From NCBI GenBank assembly GCA_938083005.1, contig CALKCU010000015.1, forward strand, positions 3,407 to 67,406: a DNA stretch of 64,000 nt. The letters are read 5' to 3'. Source of the DNA: an uncultured Sulfolobales archaeon (GTDB lineage: Archaea > Thermoproteota > Thermoprotei_A > Sulfolobales > NBVN01). The stretch's first letter is position 1. Every line of letters starts with the position of its first letter. This document shows, piece after piece, positions 7,985-16,807 of the stretch. A program made the translations under genes and the position numbers. Below the pieces are notes generated by a model. The model saw nothing but the letters and a program-made list of their open reading frames with translations. It searched no databases and was not told the origin of the DNA.

Positions 7985-9067
7985 TTACCAGAGAAACAGC
8001 CCTCTCGAGTGGATCCAGTCCTTGAGCAGGCCCGTGACCACAACAGGGGCCTTCCTCACCTCGCTCAAGGTGCTTACCCCTAGAGAGGCTAGTATGGCCC
8101 TCATCCCCAGTAGGAAGCCCTCCAGGAATTCGTTGAGATTCCTCTTCGAGTAGGCGACGAGCACCGGTCTCGCTAGACCCACCACATCGGCTCCCAACCT
8201 CAGCGCTTTCACGGCATCGTAGGGAGACCTCACACCCCCGCTCCCGATGATCAGGATCTCCCCGGAAACGTTCCTGACCTCGATTATCGAAGCGGCCGTG
8301 GGGATCCCCACCTCCTTAATCCCCTCGGCGGCGTACTGCTTGACCAAGTCGCCCGAGGCTAGAGCTCTGTGCAGCTCCACGAGGGCCCAGTTGGTGCCGC
8401 CAGCCCCGGCTACGTCGATGCACCTCACGCCCCCCGAGTAGAGCTCGGCAGCGAACTCCTTGCTGATCCCGAACCCTACCTCCTTCACTATTAGGGGTAC
8501 GGAGCTCACCTCAGCTGCTCTAAAGAGAGCGTCCAGACCCTTCGACATGCCGGCGGCTCCCTCGGGCTGGACTACCTCCTGGAAGTAGTTGAGGTGGACT
8601 GCTATAGCGTCGGCTTCTATCATCGACGCGAGAGAGTTCACAACACCGGGTCCGTACCTAACCAGTTCGCTAATCCCTATGTTGCCCACTATGGGCATCT
8701 CGGGGCAGACGTCCCTAGCCACTCTGTAGGTGTGTGCTAGCTGCTCGGACTCCAGAGCAGCCCTCTGGCTACCGAGGCCGAGAGCTATCCTGAACCGGCA
8801 CGCGGCCTCGGCCAGGGATCTATTTATGGCCTCGGTTCCGGGAGCTCCACCGGTCATGCCGGTTATCATAACCGGGGCGGCTATCTCTTTCCCGAGGAAG
8901 CCGACCCTCGTCGATACCCTATCCGGCTCCACCGCCGGCAGAGCCCTCTGAGGCAGGAATACGTACTCGAACCAGGCCGTTCCGGGCCCCTCGACCGGCT
9001 TGCTAAGGACTATCTCTATGTGCTCGAGCTTCCTCCTAACCGTGCTCCAGCCGCTCTCTAGTACCAT
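7985..9067 (-). CDS. fni: Isopentenyl-diphosphate delta-isomerase, type 2 (FMN-dependent)
   Basis: 360 aa TIM-barrel protein. Motifs are EHIEIVL, PVMITGMTGG, GLGSQR and GSGGVRS, as in IDI-2. Confidence 0.9.
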   Translation of the reverse strand: MVLESGWSTVRRKLEHIEIVLSKPVEGPGTAWFEYVFLPQRALPAVEPDRVSTRVGFLGKEIAAPVMITGMTGGAPGTEAINRSLAEAACRFRIALGLGSQRAALESEQLAHTYRVARDVCPEMPIVGNIGISELVRYGPGVVNSLASMIEADAIAVHLNYFQEVVQPEGAAGMSKGLDALFRAAEVSSVPLIVKEVGFGISKEFAAELYSGGVRCIDVAGAGGTNWALVELHRALASGDLVKQYAAEGIKEVGIPTAASIIEVRNVSGEILIIGSGGVRSPYDAVKALRLGADVVGLARPVLVAYSKRNLNEFLEGFLLGMRAILASLGVSTLSEVRKAPVVVTGLLKDWIHSRGLFLW

Positions 9068-9849
9068 ACTATCGAACCCGCGAAGCTGTCTGACGCGAGA
9101 GCGTTGTAGAGCCCGCCCTCAACGAGGCCGCTAACGATCTTCACCTTGACGTTGCGCAGGCCCAGCCTCTTCCCCTCGTAGAGCTTCCTTAGCATACCCC
9201 CGGTTACGTCCACCCCGGAGGAGCTCTCGGAGAGGAAGCCGAGGACCTCGTCGATCGAGGCCTGCGTGATCCTCCTAGCCCCGGAGTGGACCTTCGGGTC
9301 GCGGTCGTAGAGTCCGTCGACGTCGGTCACGAAGACGATCTCGCTCGCTCCCAGCTCTCTAGCGATATACCAGGCCAGAGTATCGCCCGAGAGGACCCCG
9401 AAGCCTCCGTCCGATGCGACGACGTCTCCGTAAGTGAGCGGCACCAGCCCTCTGCGGAGGAGAGCGGTGAGGGCCTCGGTGTAACACACCGGGTTTCCGG
9501 AGGCGATAGCGCAAAAGCTTCTGGGAGGCAGGGACACCGCGGGTAGCCCGGCCGCTATGGCGTACTTCCTCAGAACGTAGTCGAGAGTGTCCATAGAGTC
9601 AGCGGTCTCGACGAAGCAGCTCTCGTCTATCCTACCGAGCCTCGAAACGCAGCTCTTGACGACGGGGTGCCCGTAGCTCCCCCCGCCGTGTATGAGCACT
9701 ACCCTGGCCTCTCCTCCACGCTCGCTGTAGTACCTGCCGAGGTCTCGGAGGAGGCTTCGGATAGCGTTCCACCTGAGAGCCCTGGGCTGGTCCTTGAACG
9801 TAATGGCGGAGCCCCCTAGCTTGACCACCCTCACGTTGTCGAGCTCCAA
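9058..9849 (-). CDS. Isopentenyl phosphate kinase (amino-acid-kinase fold)
   Basis: 263 aa. Motifs VVKLGGSAITFK and VLIHGGGSYGH match the archaeal IPK pattern. It overlaps fni by 10 nt. Confidence 0.85.
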   Translation of the reverse strand: MELDNVRVVKLGGSAITFKDQPRALRWNAIRSLLRDLGRYYSERGGEARVVLIHGGGSYGHPVVKSCVSRLGRIDESCFVETADSMDTLDYVLRKYAIAAGLPAVSLPPRSFCAIASGNPVCYTEALTALLRRGLVPLTYGDVVASDGGFGVLSGDTLAWYIARELGASEIVFVTDVDGLYDRDPKVHSGARRITQASIDEVLGFLSESSSGVDVTGGMLRKLYEGKRLGLRNVKVKIVSGLVEGGLYNALASDSFAGSIVWY

Positions 9850-10003
9850 GCCCGTAGCCCCAGCAGTTAGCGGGACTCACGTAAAAATGCCAGGGACATA
9901 CCACCGTTAACCCGGGCTACTACTCCCGCAGCACCTCTGTGACATGTTCTAGAACGTCCTAGAAGGCCCCAGCCTCAGTGGAGCAAGACCGGTACTCGGT
10001 CTG

Positions 10004-10330
10004 CTAACCGAAGAGAGCTGCTATCCCCTCAGCTATGGTCTCTTCGGTTACCTCCTCCTTCTTCTCTTCCTTGGAAGGCTTAGAGGCCTCGGCTCCCGTA
10101 GGCTGGGCGGGAGCCGCCGCGGCGGTCGGCTGGACCGTCACGGCTGGAGCGAACACTGTTGCCTGGCGGATCACGTCGCTTATGTTTATCTCTTTTAGAG
10201 CTGCCACCATCATCTTCACTCTGACCTCGTCGACCGCTATCCCGGCTGCCTCCAGCACCCTCCTCAGGGACTCCTCGCTTATCTCCTTCCCGGCAGAGTG
10301 GAGGAGCAGCGAGGCGTATATGTACTCCAT
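10004..10330 (-). CDS. rpl12: 50S ribosomal stalk protein P1 (L12e)
   Basis: 108 aa. It has MEYIYASLLLHSAGKEI at the N-terminus, an Ala/Pro hinge, and an acidic EEKKEE...GIAALFG C-terminus. Confidence 0.9.
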   Translation of the reverse strand: MEYIYASLLLHSAGKEISEESLRRVLEAAGIAVDEVRVKMMVAALKEINISDVIRQATVFAPAVTVQPTAAAAPAQPTGAEASKPSKEEKKEEVTEETIAEGIAALFG

Positions 10331-10363
10331 GCCCTCTTTACCCCCGAACTCTTAGGCTAGTAC

Positions 10364-10370
10364 TTTAAAA
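10364..10370. promoter_or_regulatory. Shared palindromic box-A (CTTTAAAAG) between divergent rpl12 and thrC
   Basis: This is the only A/T box in the 43-nt gap. It lies 34-40 nt from the rpl12 ATG and 28-34 nt from GTG 10398. Confidence 0.45.
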
Positions 10371-10397
10371 GCTTTGCTATCCCCTTTGGGGAAGAGC

Positions 10398-11483
10398 GTG
10401 CGCGTGCTTAGGTGCCCCGAGTGCGGGCTAGAGGTCCCGCCACTGTCTCCAAGCAACACCTGCCCCAGGTGCGGAGAGCCCCTGTTCCTGGAGGTCGACC
10501 CGGAGGATATCGTCAGGGAGGGAGCGAGGAGCCTGGTCCCGGGGGACCTAAAGAGGGTAACCCTCGGTGAGGGCGGGACCCCGCTCATCCAGCACGGGAG
10601 GCTTCTGCTCAAGCTCGAGTTCCTCAACCCGACGGGCTCTTTCAAGGACAGGGGAGCGGCTCTCACGATATCGAGAGCCCTGGCGGCCGGCTGGAGGACG
10701 GTGGTCGAGGACTCCTCCGGTAACGCTGGCATAGCCGTGGCCGCGTACGCGGCCAGAGCGGGCATCAGGGCGAGGATCTACGCACCGGCCGACGCGCCGC
10801 AGGGCAAGCTCAGGCTCATAAGAGCCTTCGGAGCCGAGCTCATGACCGCCAGGACCAGGGACGAAGCCCGTAGAGCGGCCCTGGAGGACAGAAGCGGGGT
10901 CTACGTGGGGCACGTCGTTGAGCCGTTCTTCATCGAGGGCGTGAAGGACCTGGCCCTGGAGCTCGTCAGGTCCGGGGAGAGGTTCGACGCGATAGCGGTG
11001 CCCGTGGCCTCCGGCTCACTGTTCCTGGGGCTCTACAAGGGGTTCGAGGAGCTCGCTAGGCTGGGCCTAGTCGATGGCGTGCCCACCATGGTACCCGTAG
11101 AGGCCTGCGGGTTCGCTAAGCTCACGAGGTACCTGAAAACTGTTTTTCTCGCCTGCGAGGAGGGGGCCAGGAGCCTCCTGGCGGACGCGCTTAGGCTGAC
11201 CGCGGTGCCCAGGCTGCGCCAGATCGCGGAGAGAGCCGGGAGGGTCTCACCGTACGTAATCGTGGTAGGGGACGAGAGCATCGGCGAGGCCCTCAGGGAG
11301 CTCTACTCGATCGGGCTACCGGTCGAGCCGACCAGCGCGGCCGTCTACGCTGCGGCCAAGCACGTAGCCAGGGACGTCGGGGGTCGCGTGGTCGTCCCGC
11401 TGACCGGTTCGGGGCTCAAGTACGTGCCCGCTCCCAGCGAGCTCCTCGACAGGTACCTCTTCGGAGCAGCGCCGCCCCGCTAA
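10398..11483 (+). CDS. thrC: Threonine synthase (PLP-dependent, with N-terminal zinc ribbon)
   Basis: The motif NPTGSFKDRGA contains the PLP lysine. The N-terminus has CPECG...CPRCG. The track start TTG 10374 is only 4 nt from the TATA box, so GTG 10398 (VRVLRCPECG) is the more likely leaderless start. Confidence 0.85.
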   Translation: MRVLRCPECGLEVPPLSPSNTCPRCGEPLFLEVDPEDIVREGARSLVPGDLKRVTLGEGGTPLIQHGRLLLKLEFLNPTGSFKDRGAALTISRALAAGWRTVVEDSSGNAGIAVAAYAARAGIRARIYAPADAPQGKLRLIRAFGAELMTARTRDEARRAALEDRSGVYVGHVVEPFFIEGVKDLALELVRSGERFDAIAVPVASGSLFLGLYKGFEELARLGLVDGVPTMVPVEACGFAKLTRYLKTVFLACEEGARSLLADALRLTAVPRLRQIAERAGRVSPYVIVVGDESIGEALRELYSIGLPVEPTSAAVYAAAKHVARDVGGRVVVPLTGSGLKYVPAPSELLDRYLFGAAPPR

Positions 11484-11550
11484 CCACGGCGGGGTAGCAC
11501 AGTTCTCGAGCGCCGCCCGCCGCTTTTAATCTTCCGGTCCCACTACTCGG

Positions 11551-12480
11551 TTGGATGAGCTATCGGTGGGGTCGTTGGATAGCGCGTGCGCCGAGCTGGC
11601 GAACCGGGCAGCGCTATCGAAGATGCTGTCCGTAGCGGAGGCCAGGCCTCTGGAAGCCCTGCTCAAGCTCTCGGAGTGCTTGGTCAGGGAGCCAAGGTCG
11701 GCTGTCGTGGGAATCACGGGTCCGCAGGGAACGGGCAAGTCCACCCTGATCTCGCGCTTGGTCGGGGAGCTGAGCAGCGAGGGGCGCACGGTGGCCGCGC
11801 TGCTGGTAGACCCGTCCTCCCCCCTCACCGGGGGCGCTGTCCTCGGCAACAGGCTGAGGATCAGAGACCTCCCGGACGGAGCCTTCGTCAGGAGCGTGTG
11901 GGCCGAGGACGAGAGGGCCGTCCCGCTCAGGGCCCTGATATCGCTCGAGCTGCTGGAGGCGGCCGGCTACGACTACGTGATCGTGGAGACCCCGGGCGCC
12001 GGCCAGGTAAACACGAGCGTCCTGAGGATCAGCGACCTGGTCGTGGTCGTTCTGATGCCCCTCCTCGGAGACGAGGTCCAGGTGATAAAGGCGGGGCTGA
12101 TGGAGATAGGGGACGTCTACGTAGTAAACAAGGCCGACCTGCCGGAGGCCGACCTCATGTACAGCTACGTCAAGCCCTTCGCGAGGGGGAGGCCCGTGGT
12201 AAAGGTCTCAGCTCTCTACGGAGAGAACATGGAGGAGCTGCTGAGCGCTGTGAGGAGCGTGCTAGAGCGGAGGAGTCTGGAGGGTGCGAGGGAGAGGAAG
12301 AGGATCGAGCGGAGGAGGTACCTGCTGGAGGAAGCGCTACTAGAGCTGCTGCACAGCGCGATCCGGGAGGAGCTGGGCAGGGTCGGTGGAGAGGAGCTGC
12401 TGAAGAGACCCGAGGCCTTCGCGGAGCTTGTGAGAGGCTTAAAAGCCAGGCTGGCTAACAGGATTACTGGGGGCCCGTAG
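11551..12480 (+). CDS. meaB: MeaB/ArgK-type G3E GTPase (methylmalonyl-CoA mutase-associated)
   Basis: 309 aa. It has the P-loop GITGPQGTGKST, plus LLVDPSSPLTGGAVLGNRLR and NKADL, the signature of the MeaB/ArgK family. Confidence 0.85.
   Translation: MDELSVGSLDSACAELANRAALSKMLSVAEARPLEALLKLSECLVREPRSAVVGITGPQGTGKSTLISRLVGELSSEGRTVAALLVDPSSPLTGGAVLGNRLRIRDLPDGAFVRSVWAEDERAVPLRALISLELLEAAGYDYVIVETPGAGQVNTSVLRISDLVVVVLMPLLGDEVQVIKAGLMEIGDVYVVNKADLPEADLMYSYVKPFARGRPVVKVSALYGENMEELLSAVRSVLERRSLEGARERKRIERRRYLLEEALLELLHSAIREELGRVGGEELLKRPEAFAELVRGLKARLANRITGGP
12438..12445 (+). promoter_or_regulatory. Box-A (CTTAAAAG) for tRNA-Pro, embedded in the meaB coding sequence
   Basis: Lies 26-33 nt upstream of the tRNA 5' end at 12471. 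The other tRNA promoters in this window show the same spacing. Confidence 0.5.
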
Positions 12481-12566
12481 TTTAGCTTGGCAGAATGCGG
12501 GGTTCGGGTCCACACCTCGCGCGGCGGAAGTCCCCGTGGTCCGGGGTTCAAATCCCCGCGGGCCCA
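12471..12566 (+). tRNA. tRNA-Pro (anticodon CGG) with 22-nt intron
   Basis: Hand fold: acceptor GGGCCCG/CGGGCCC; anticodon stem CGGGG/CCCCG; loop TT-CGG-G, with the anticodon at 12505-12507. The intron spans 12509-12530 at position 37/38. The T arm is CGGGG-TTCAAAT-CCCCG. CCA is not encoded. Confidence 0.85.
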
Positions 12567-12729
12567 CCTACGACATCGCGGCGCCTTACTCTGACAGCGT
12601 CCCCGCGAGCCGGGGCGGCGGGTCGAGCCTCGCATCAACTCCGGGTCTCCCGCCAGGAGACCCTCCGTCCTTCGGACGCGCCAGCCTGAGCCCCCCATCG
12701 AGGAGATATTTTGGCGCCCGCCCAAGCCT

Positions 12730-13845
12730 GTGGGGTGTAGTCGCGTGGAGCGTAGACTCAATGCCGTTCTGAACCTCATGGAGCAGCTCAACGTCGATAT
12801 GCTGGTCGTTACCCAGCCCCCCAACGTCACCTACTTCACCGGGATTCCCAGGTCCTCGGGAATAGCACTAGTTATTGAACGAGATGGACCCCTCGTAGCG
12901 CTCGTACCGGCTCTGGACTACTGGAGAGCGATACACTCGGCCAGGGCAAGCGGGCTGGCTGTAAAGCCTTACGCGATGTATAAGCTGCCGGACATAGACC
13001 TTCAGCTCGTCGAGCCCCCGCACGTGTACGTTGCGAAGATCGTGAAGGAGAGGGGCCCGAGAGTAGCCGTCGACAATCCGTACGGGAGGGTGGGGTTCGA
13101 GATCGAGAGGATTCCGGGAGTGAGAGTCGTCGACTTCTCGGAGCAGATATCGGACCTCAGGGCCGTCAAGCAGCAGGAGGAGCTAGACCTCATGAGGAGA
13201 GCCCTCTCGATCGCGGAGGGGGCCGTGGAGAAGGTCCTGGGAGAGCTCAGACCCGGCGTCTCGGAGAGGACTATAGCAGCCGCACTCGAGTATTACATGA
13301 GGCTCGGCGGGGCCGACGGGCTGGCCTTCGAGAGTATAGTGGCCTTCGGGGCCAACGCTGCCTACCCGCACGCTACGGTGACCGACAGGACCCTGAGGGA
13401 GGGCGATCCCGTTGTAATTGACGTAGGGGCCCAGGTCGAGAGCTACTCGTCGGATCTCACAAGGACGGTCCTAGTGGGAGGGGTGAGCAGCGAGGTCAAG
13501 AGGGCCGTGGAAGTGGTCTCCGAAGCCGTGGACGCGGCCGTGGACCGGGTCCGGGACGGTGTTGCCGCCGAGGACGTGGACACCGCGGCTAGGGAGGTAG
13601 TGAGACGGGCGGGCCTGGGGAAGTACTTCGTGCACTCCCTGGGACACGGGGTCGGAATCGAAGTGCACGAGAAGCCCCGCCTCGCCCAGGGGTCTAAGGA
13701 GGTCTTGAAGGAGGGCATGGTGGTGACCATCGAGCCGGGGGTCTACGTTCCCGGAGCTTACGGTGTGAGGATAGAGAACATGGTGTTGGTCAAGAAGGGC
13801 GGGGCCGAAGTCCTCAACAGGTTACCCAAGATTTTCTCAGTCTAG
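12730..13845 (+). CDS. M24 family Xaa-Pro aminopeptidase/dipeptidase
   Basis: 371 aa. The pita-bread metal ligands appear in VIDVGA, SDLTRT, HSLGHGVGIEVHE, IEPG and RIEN. The exact start is uncertain (GTG 12730 or a later GTG). Confidence 0.85.
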   Translation: MGCSRVERRLNAVLNLMEQLNVDMLVVTQPPNVTYFTGIPRSSGIALVIERDGPLVALVPALDYWRAIHSARASGLAVKPYAMYKLPDIDLQLVEPPHVYVAKIVKERGPRVAVDNPYGRVGFEIERIPGVRVVDFSEQISDLRAVKQQEELDLMRRALSIAEGAVEKVLGELRPGVSERTIAAALEYYMRLGGADGLAFESIVAFGANAAYPHATVTDRTLREGDPVVIDVGAQVESYSSDLTRTVLVGGVSSEVKRAVEVVSEAVDAAVDRVRDGVAAEDVDTAAREVVRRAGLGKYFVHSLGHGVGIEVHEKPRLAQGSKEVLKEGMVVTIEPGVYVPGAYGVRIENMVLVKKGGAEVLNRLPKIFSV

Positions 13846-14067
13846 CTAGGAGCTGGGTAGGGGAGCGGGCCCAGCCTGATCCCCGAGCTGCCCGCCTCCG
13901 CGCGTTCACCGGCTTTCTTTCGTATTCGGAGCCCGTCTCGCCGCGGCGATGGTGTCACCGCCGTGTCTGGACGGCCGCGGAGCTCTGATCCGGCTCGGAT
14001 CCACGATCTAGCTTGTAGACCTCTTTCAGGGATAGAAGGAAGCGTTACTGCGGATTCTGCCCGAAGC

Positions 14068-15330
14068 CTAGACTATTTCAACGAACGCCTCAACCTTGAT
14101 CGGCGGGGAGGTCTCCGACACTAGTTCATCCGACTCCTTCGAGAATGCCGTATAGCTCGTCCTCCCCACTCCGATCACTCTGATGGGCTTGGTTAGGGGT
14201 ATCTTGACAGCCCTGATGTACACGGATTCTCTCAGGTCCCCCCGCTCCACTCTAAACGCAGACTGGGGGACTATCCTCACGTACCCCTCCTCTAGAGAGG
14301 ACGAGGCCGCTCCGTCGATAGCAAATCCACGCTTAGTCTCCTCCAAGAGCTCTTCGTCCTTCCAGTCGCCGCTCTCGAACACTAAGGAAGTGTGGATTAG
14401 CCTCGCCTCGCCCAGAAGGCCGTAGACCGAGCCCGGGTAGGAGCCGGCCCAGTAGGCTGTTTTAATGCTGTGGTGAGCGTCGATTATAGTACCGCCCTCG
14501 ACGAGCCATCTCCTCCTCGCGATAACTCCCTCGTCATCGAAGAATCTCGCGGTGGGCTTGCGCAGGTCCCCTGGAGAGTCGTATATCTTTACGTCATGAC
14601 CCTCGAACAGCCTCCTGCCCAGCACGACGCGGCTGCGGAACCCGGTCAGCAGGTGCGATAGCTCGTGAAAGAGGGATGTGGAGGCTTCGTGAAGAAGGAT
14701 CACCTCCGCTCTCCCCATCTCGGTCAGGCTGGGCCTCTTAGCCGCGCTCGAGGCCTTGGCCCTCTCCCTGGCTAGCCTGAGAAGCTTCTCAACCATGCCC
14801 TCGGCGCTCTCGTCGAACCCTTGAGGCGCTACCCTGCTCAACGTGATGTCCCTAGATACCCCCTCCGCGCGCTTAAGGTCGACTCGGACCTCGACTAGGT
14901 TCCTCTCCTCCAGGGCCTCGGTGAGATCGTCAGCCTTAATGCTTCTGCGCATCCTGAGCCTTCTCAGCGTTACAACCTGCTCGTAGCCGGGTAGCCTGTA
15001 GTCCCTGAGGAGGTTGAGGATATCGTCGATGGAACTGGAAGCCTCCTCCTGGGAGCCCAGGGTCAGCTTTCCGGAGTAGAACTCTACCTCGAAACTCTCC
15101 GGGACGTCGCACCTCTCCAGGTCCGCGACTCTGACCATCGACTCCACCTCCGCCTCGAGCTTGGCTACGTCTGAACAGTTCAGGCACGCGCTCACAAACC
15201 AGCAGCCCCCGAGGAGCCTCCGGGCGCCGAGGAGTTGGACCTGGTACCTCGCTTGGCTGACCAGATTCCCGGCTATCCTAACCTCGTCTACCTGCCTCAG
15301 AAGAGATACCACGTCCCTCCTCCTGATCAT
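14068..15330 (-). CDS. TldD/PmbA family metallopeptidase
   Basis: 420 aa. It has the HExxH-type motif FHELSHLL, and its C-terminal region is typical of TldD/PmbA (...SAFRVERGDL...). No partner subunit gene lies adjacent. Confidence 0.7.
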   Translation of the reverse strand: MIRRRDVVSLLRQVDEVRIAGNLVSQARYQVQLLGARRLLGGCWFVSACLNCSDVAKLEAEVESMVRVADLERCDVPESFEVEFYSGKLTLGSQEEASSSIDDILNLLRDYRLPGYEQVVTLRRLRMRRSIKADDLTEALEERNLVEVRVDLKRAEGVSRDITLSRVAPQGFDESAEGMVEKLLRLARERAKASSAAKRPSLTEMGRAEVILLHEASTSLFHELSHLLTGFRSRVVLGRRLFEGHDVKIYDSPGDLRKPTARFFDDEGVIARRRWLVEGGTIIDAHHSIKTAYWAGSYPGSVYGLLGEARLIHTSLVFESGDWKDEELLEETKRGFAIDGAASSSLEEGYVRIVPQSAFRVERGDLRESVYIRAVKIPLTKPIRVIGVGRTSYTAFSKESDELVSETSPPIKVEAFVEIV

Positions 15331-15399
15331 GGCTCGCTGCAGGGATCCTTTCGCGGATAATAACCTTGCGGCGGAGGCCTAAAGTCCCGCTCCAAAGCT

Positions 15400-15474
15400 C
15401 GCTGCGGCCGAGCCGGACCGTGGACCGTACGTTAAGCCAGCTCCGACAACAGCCTTTAAACCGCTGCGGCCGAG
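15400..15474. repeat. 13-nt direct repeat CGCTGCGGCCGAG (15400-15412 and 15462-15474)
   Basis: Exact duplicate 62 nt apart in the 162-nt tldD/cinA spacer. The second copy sits between the TTTAAA box (15455-15460) and GTG 15493. Confidence 0.6.
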
Positions 15475-15492
15475 TCCTCCCCGGAGAGCTTC

Positions 15493-16302
15493 GTGAGTAA
15501 GCGCGCGGCGTGGATACTCACGCTCGGAACCGAGGTAGCGCGGGGGCTCGTGGTCAATACCAACGCCGCCTTCCTCGGCAGGAGGCTCTCGCAGCTGGGG
15601 TTTGTCGTTGAGGGAGCGATAACGCTGGTCGACGACAGGGAGCTGATAGCGAGCTTCCTCAGCTACGTGATGAGGGAGCGCAACCCCAGCCTCATAGTCA
15701 CGACCGGGGGGCTAGGCCCTACGCACGACGATATAACTCTGGAGGCCGTCGCCGAGGCTCTTGGCAGGCCCCTGGTCCTCGACCCGAGAGCCCTAGAGAT
15801 GCTCAGAGAGAAGCTGGTTCCCAGGGGGTACGAGCTGACTAGGGAGAGGGTCAAGATGGCCTACATGCCCGAGGGCGCCGTACCCGTTCCAAACCCGGTC
15901 GGGACGGCTCCGGGGGCTATGCTAAGGCACGGGGATACTACAATCATCTGCCTCCCCGGGGTCCCGAGAGAGATGGAGGAAATGTGGTTGAAGTACGTAG
16001 AGAACCTGATCAAGGATCTCGCGGGCGTCTCCGTAGCCGAGGGCTCTCTGGTGATCGTAGGGGTCCCCGAGGCCGCGATGGCACCGGTACTGAGAAGCCT
16101 ATCCGAGACCTACGGCTCCAGCTACGTTAAGTCCCACCCTCGCGGCTACGAGCTTTCGAACCCCGTGCTCGAGATCTACGTATCGGCGATCGCCTCAGCG
16201 GAGGAGGGGGCTAGAGCTCTAGTCAAAGAGATATGCGAGAGAATCTCCGGGGAGGCGATAAGATTAGGCGGGTCCGTTAAGGACTACAGGTGTCAGCCTT
16301 GA
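15493..16302 (+). CDS. CinA-like / MoaB-Mog family molybdopterin-binding domain protein
   Basis: 269 aa. The motifs TLGTEV..G.VVNTNAAFL and TTGGLGPTHDDIT are the hallmark of the MoCF-biosynthesis/CinA N-terminal domain. Confidence 0.8.
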   Translation: MSKRAAWILTLGTEVARGLVVNTNAAFLGRRLSQLGFVVEGAITLVDDRELIASFLSYVMRERNPSLIVTTGGLGPTHDDITLEAVAEALGRPLVLDPRALEMLREKLVPRGYELTRERVKMAYMPEGAVPVPNPVGTAPGAMLRHGDTTIICLPGVPREMEEMWLKYVENLIKDLAGVSVAEGSLVIVGVPEAAMAPVLRSLSETYGSSYVKSHPRGYELSNPVLEIYVSAIASAEEGARALVKEICERISGEAIRLGGSVKDYRCQP

Positions 16303-16670
16303 GTACGGTGGTCGCACGCGTGGAGCTCGGAGAAGTGAGGGAGCGTAGGATAGTCGAAACCTCGGTCGAGGAGGCTGTGAGGAGCCTGCTTTTCGAAGTC
16401 TTGGGGTTCTGGGACCCCAAAGCGTCGGACCTGGTCGTTACGAGAGAGAGACTGTCGGACATCAAGCCAGAGCTCGCAGAGCAGTACGGAGACGTGGACA
16501 TATACATCGTCAGCTACGACATCGAGTGGAGGGGCGACGTGGTCGTCGATAAGAGGTTCTTCGTAGTCATGAAAAACGTGGGTGGAGTTGTTGACGAGGT
16601 CTTGTCGGAGCTCGCCGACCTCTCCAGGGAAGCTCTCCTCGAGACTGAGAAGGAGCTTAAGAGTCTCTAG
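16290..16670 (+). CDS. Hypothetical protein
   Basis: 126 aa that overlaps the upstream gene by 13 nt. No recognisable motif. Confidence 0.4.
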   Translation: MSALSTVVARVELGEVRERRIVETSVEEAVRSLLFEVLGFWDPKASDLVVTRERLSDIKPELAEQYGDVDIYIVSYDIEWRGDVVVDKRFFVVMKNVGGVVDEVLSELADLSREALLETEKELKSL

Positions 16671-16779
16671 GGCCAGACCCGGAGCTTCCGCGGAAGCCAG
16701 CTACGAGGAGAGGCGAGGGTTTCTCCTGAGGCGCGCCGCAAGAGAGGTGGACAGCTACAGCGCGATGTCGCAGTTCAGC

Positions 16780-16788
16780 TATATAAAG
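16780..16788 (+). promoter_or_regulatory. TATA box (TATATAAAG) for the C/D box sRNA
   Basis: Strong TATA element about 25-30 nt upstream of the predicted sRNA 5' end. Confidence 0.5.
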
Positions 16789-16807
16789 GGGCTAGCGCAT
16801 TCATGTA

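Noticed and set aside
11586-12458. 290-aa ORF in an alternative + frame inside meaB
   Set aside because: The translation is Arg/Gly/Pro-rich and low-complexity. It lies entirely inside a well-supported GTPase gene. It is a typical high-GC alternative-frame artefact.
12216-12830. 204-aa minus-strand ORF spanning the meaB 3' end, tRNA-Pro and the M24 peptidase start
   Set aside because: It runs antisense through a tRNA and two supported genes. The translation is Ser/Arg-rich.
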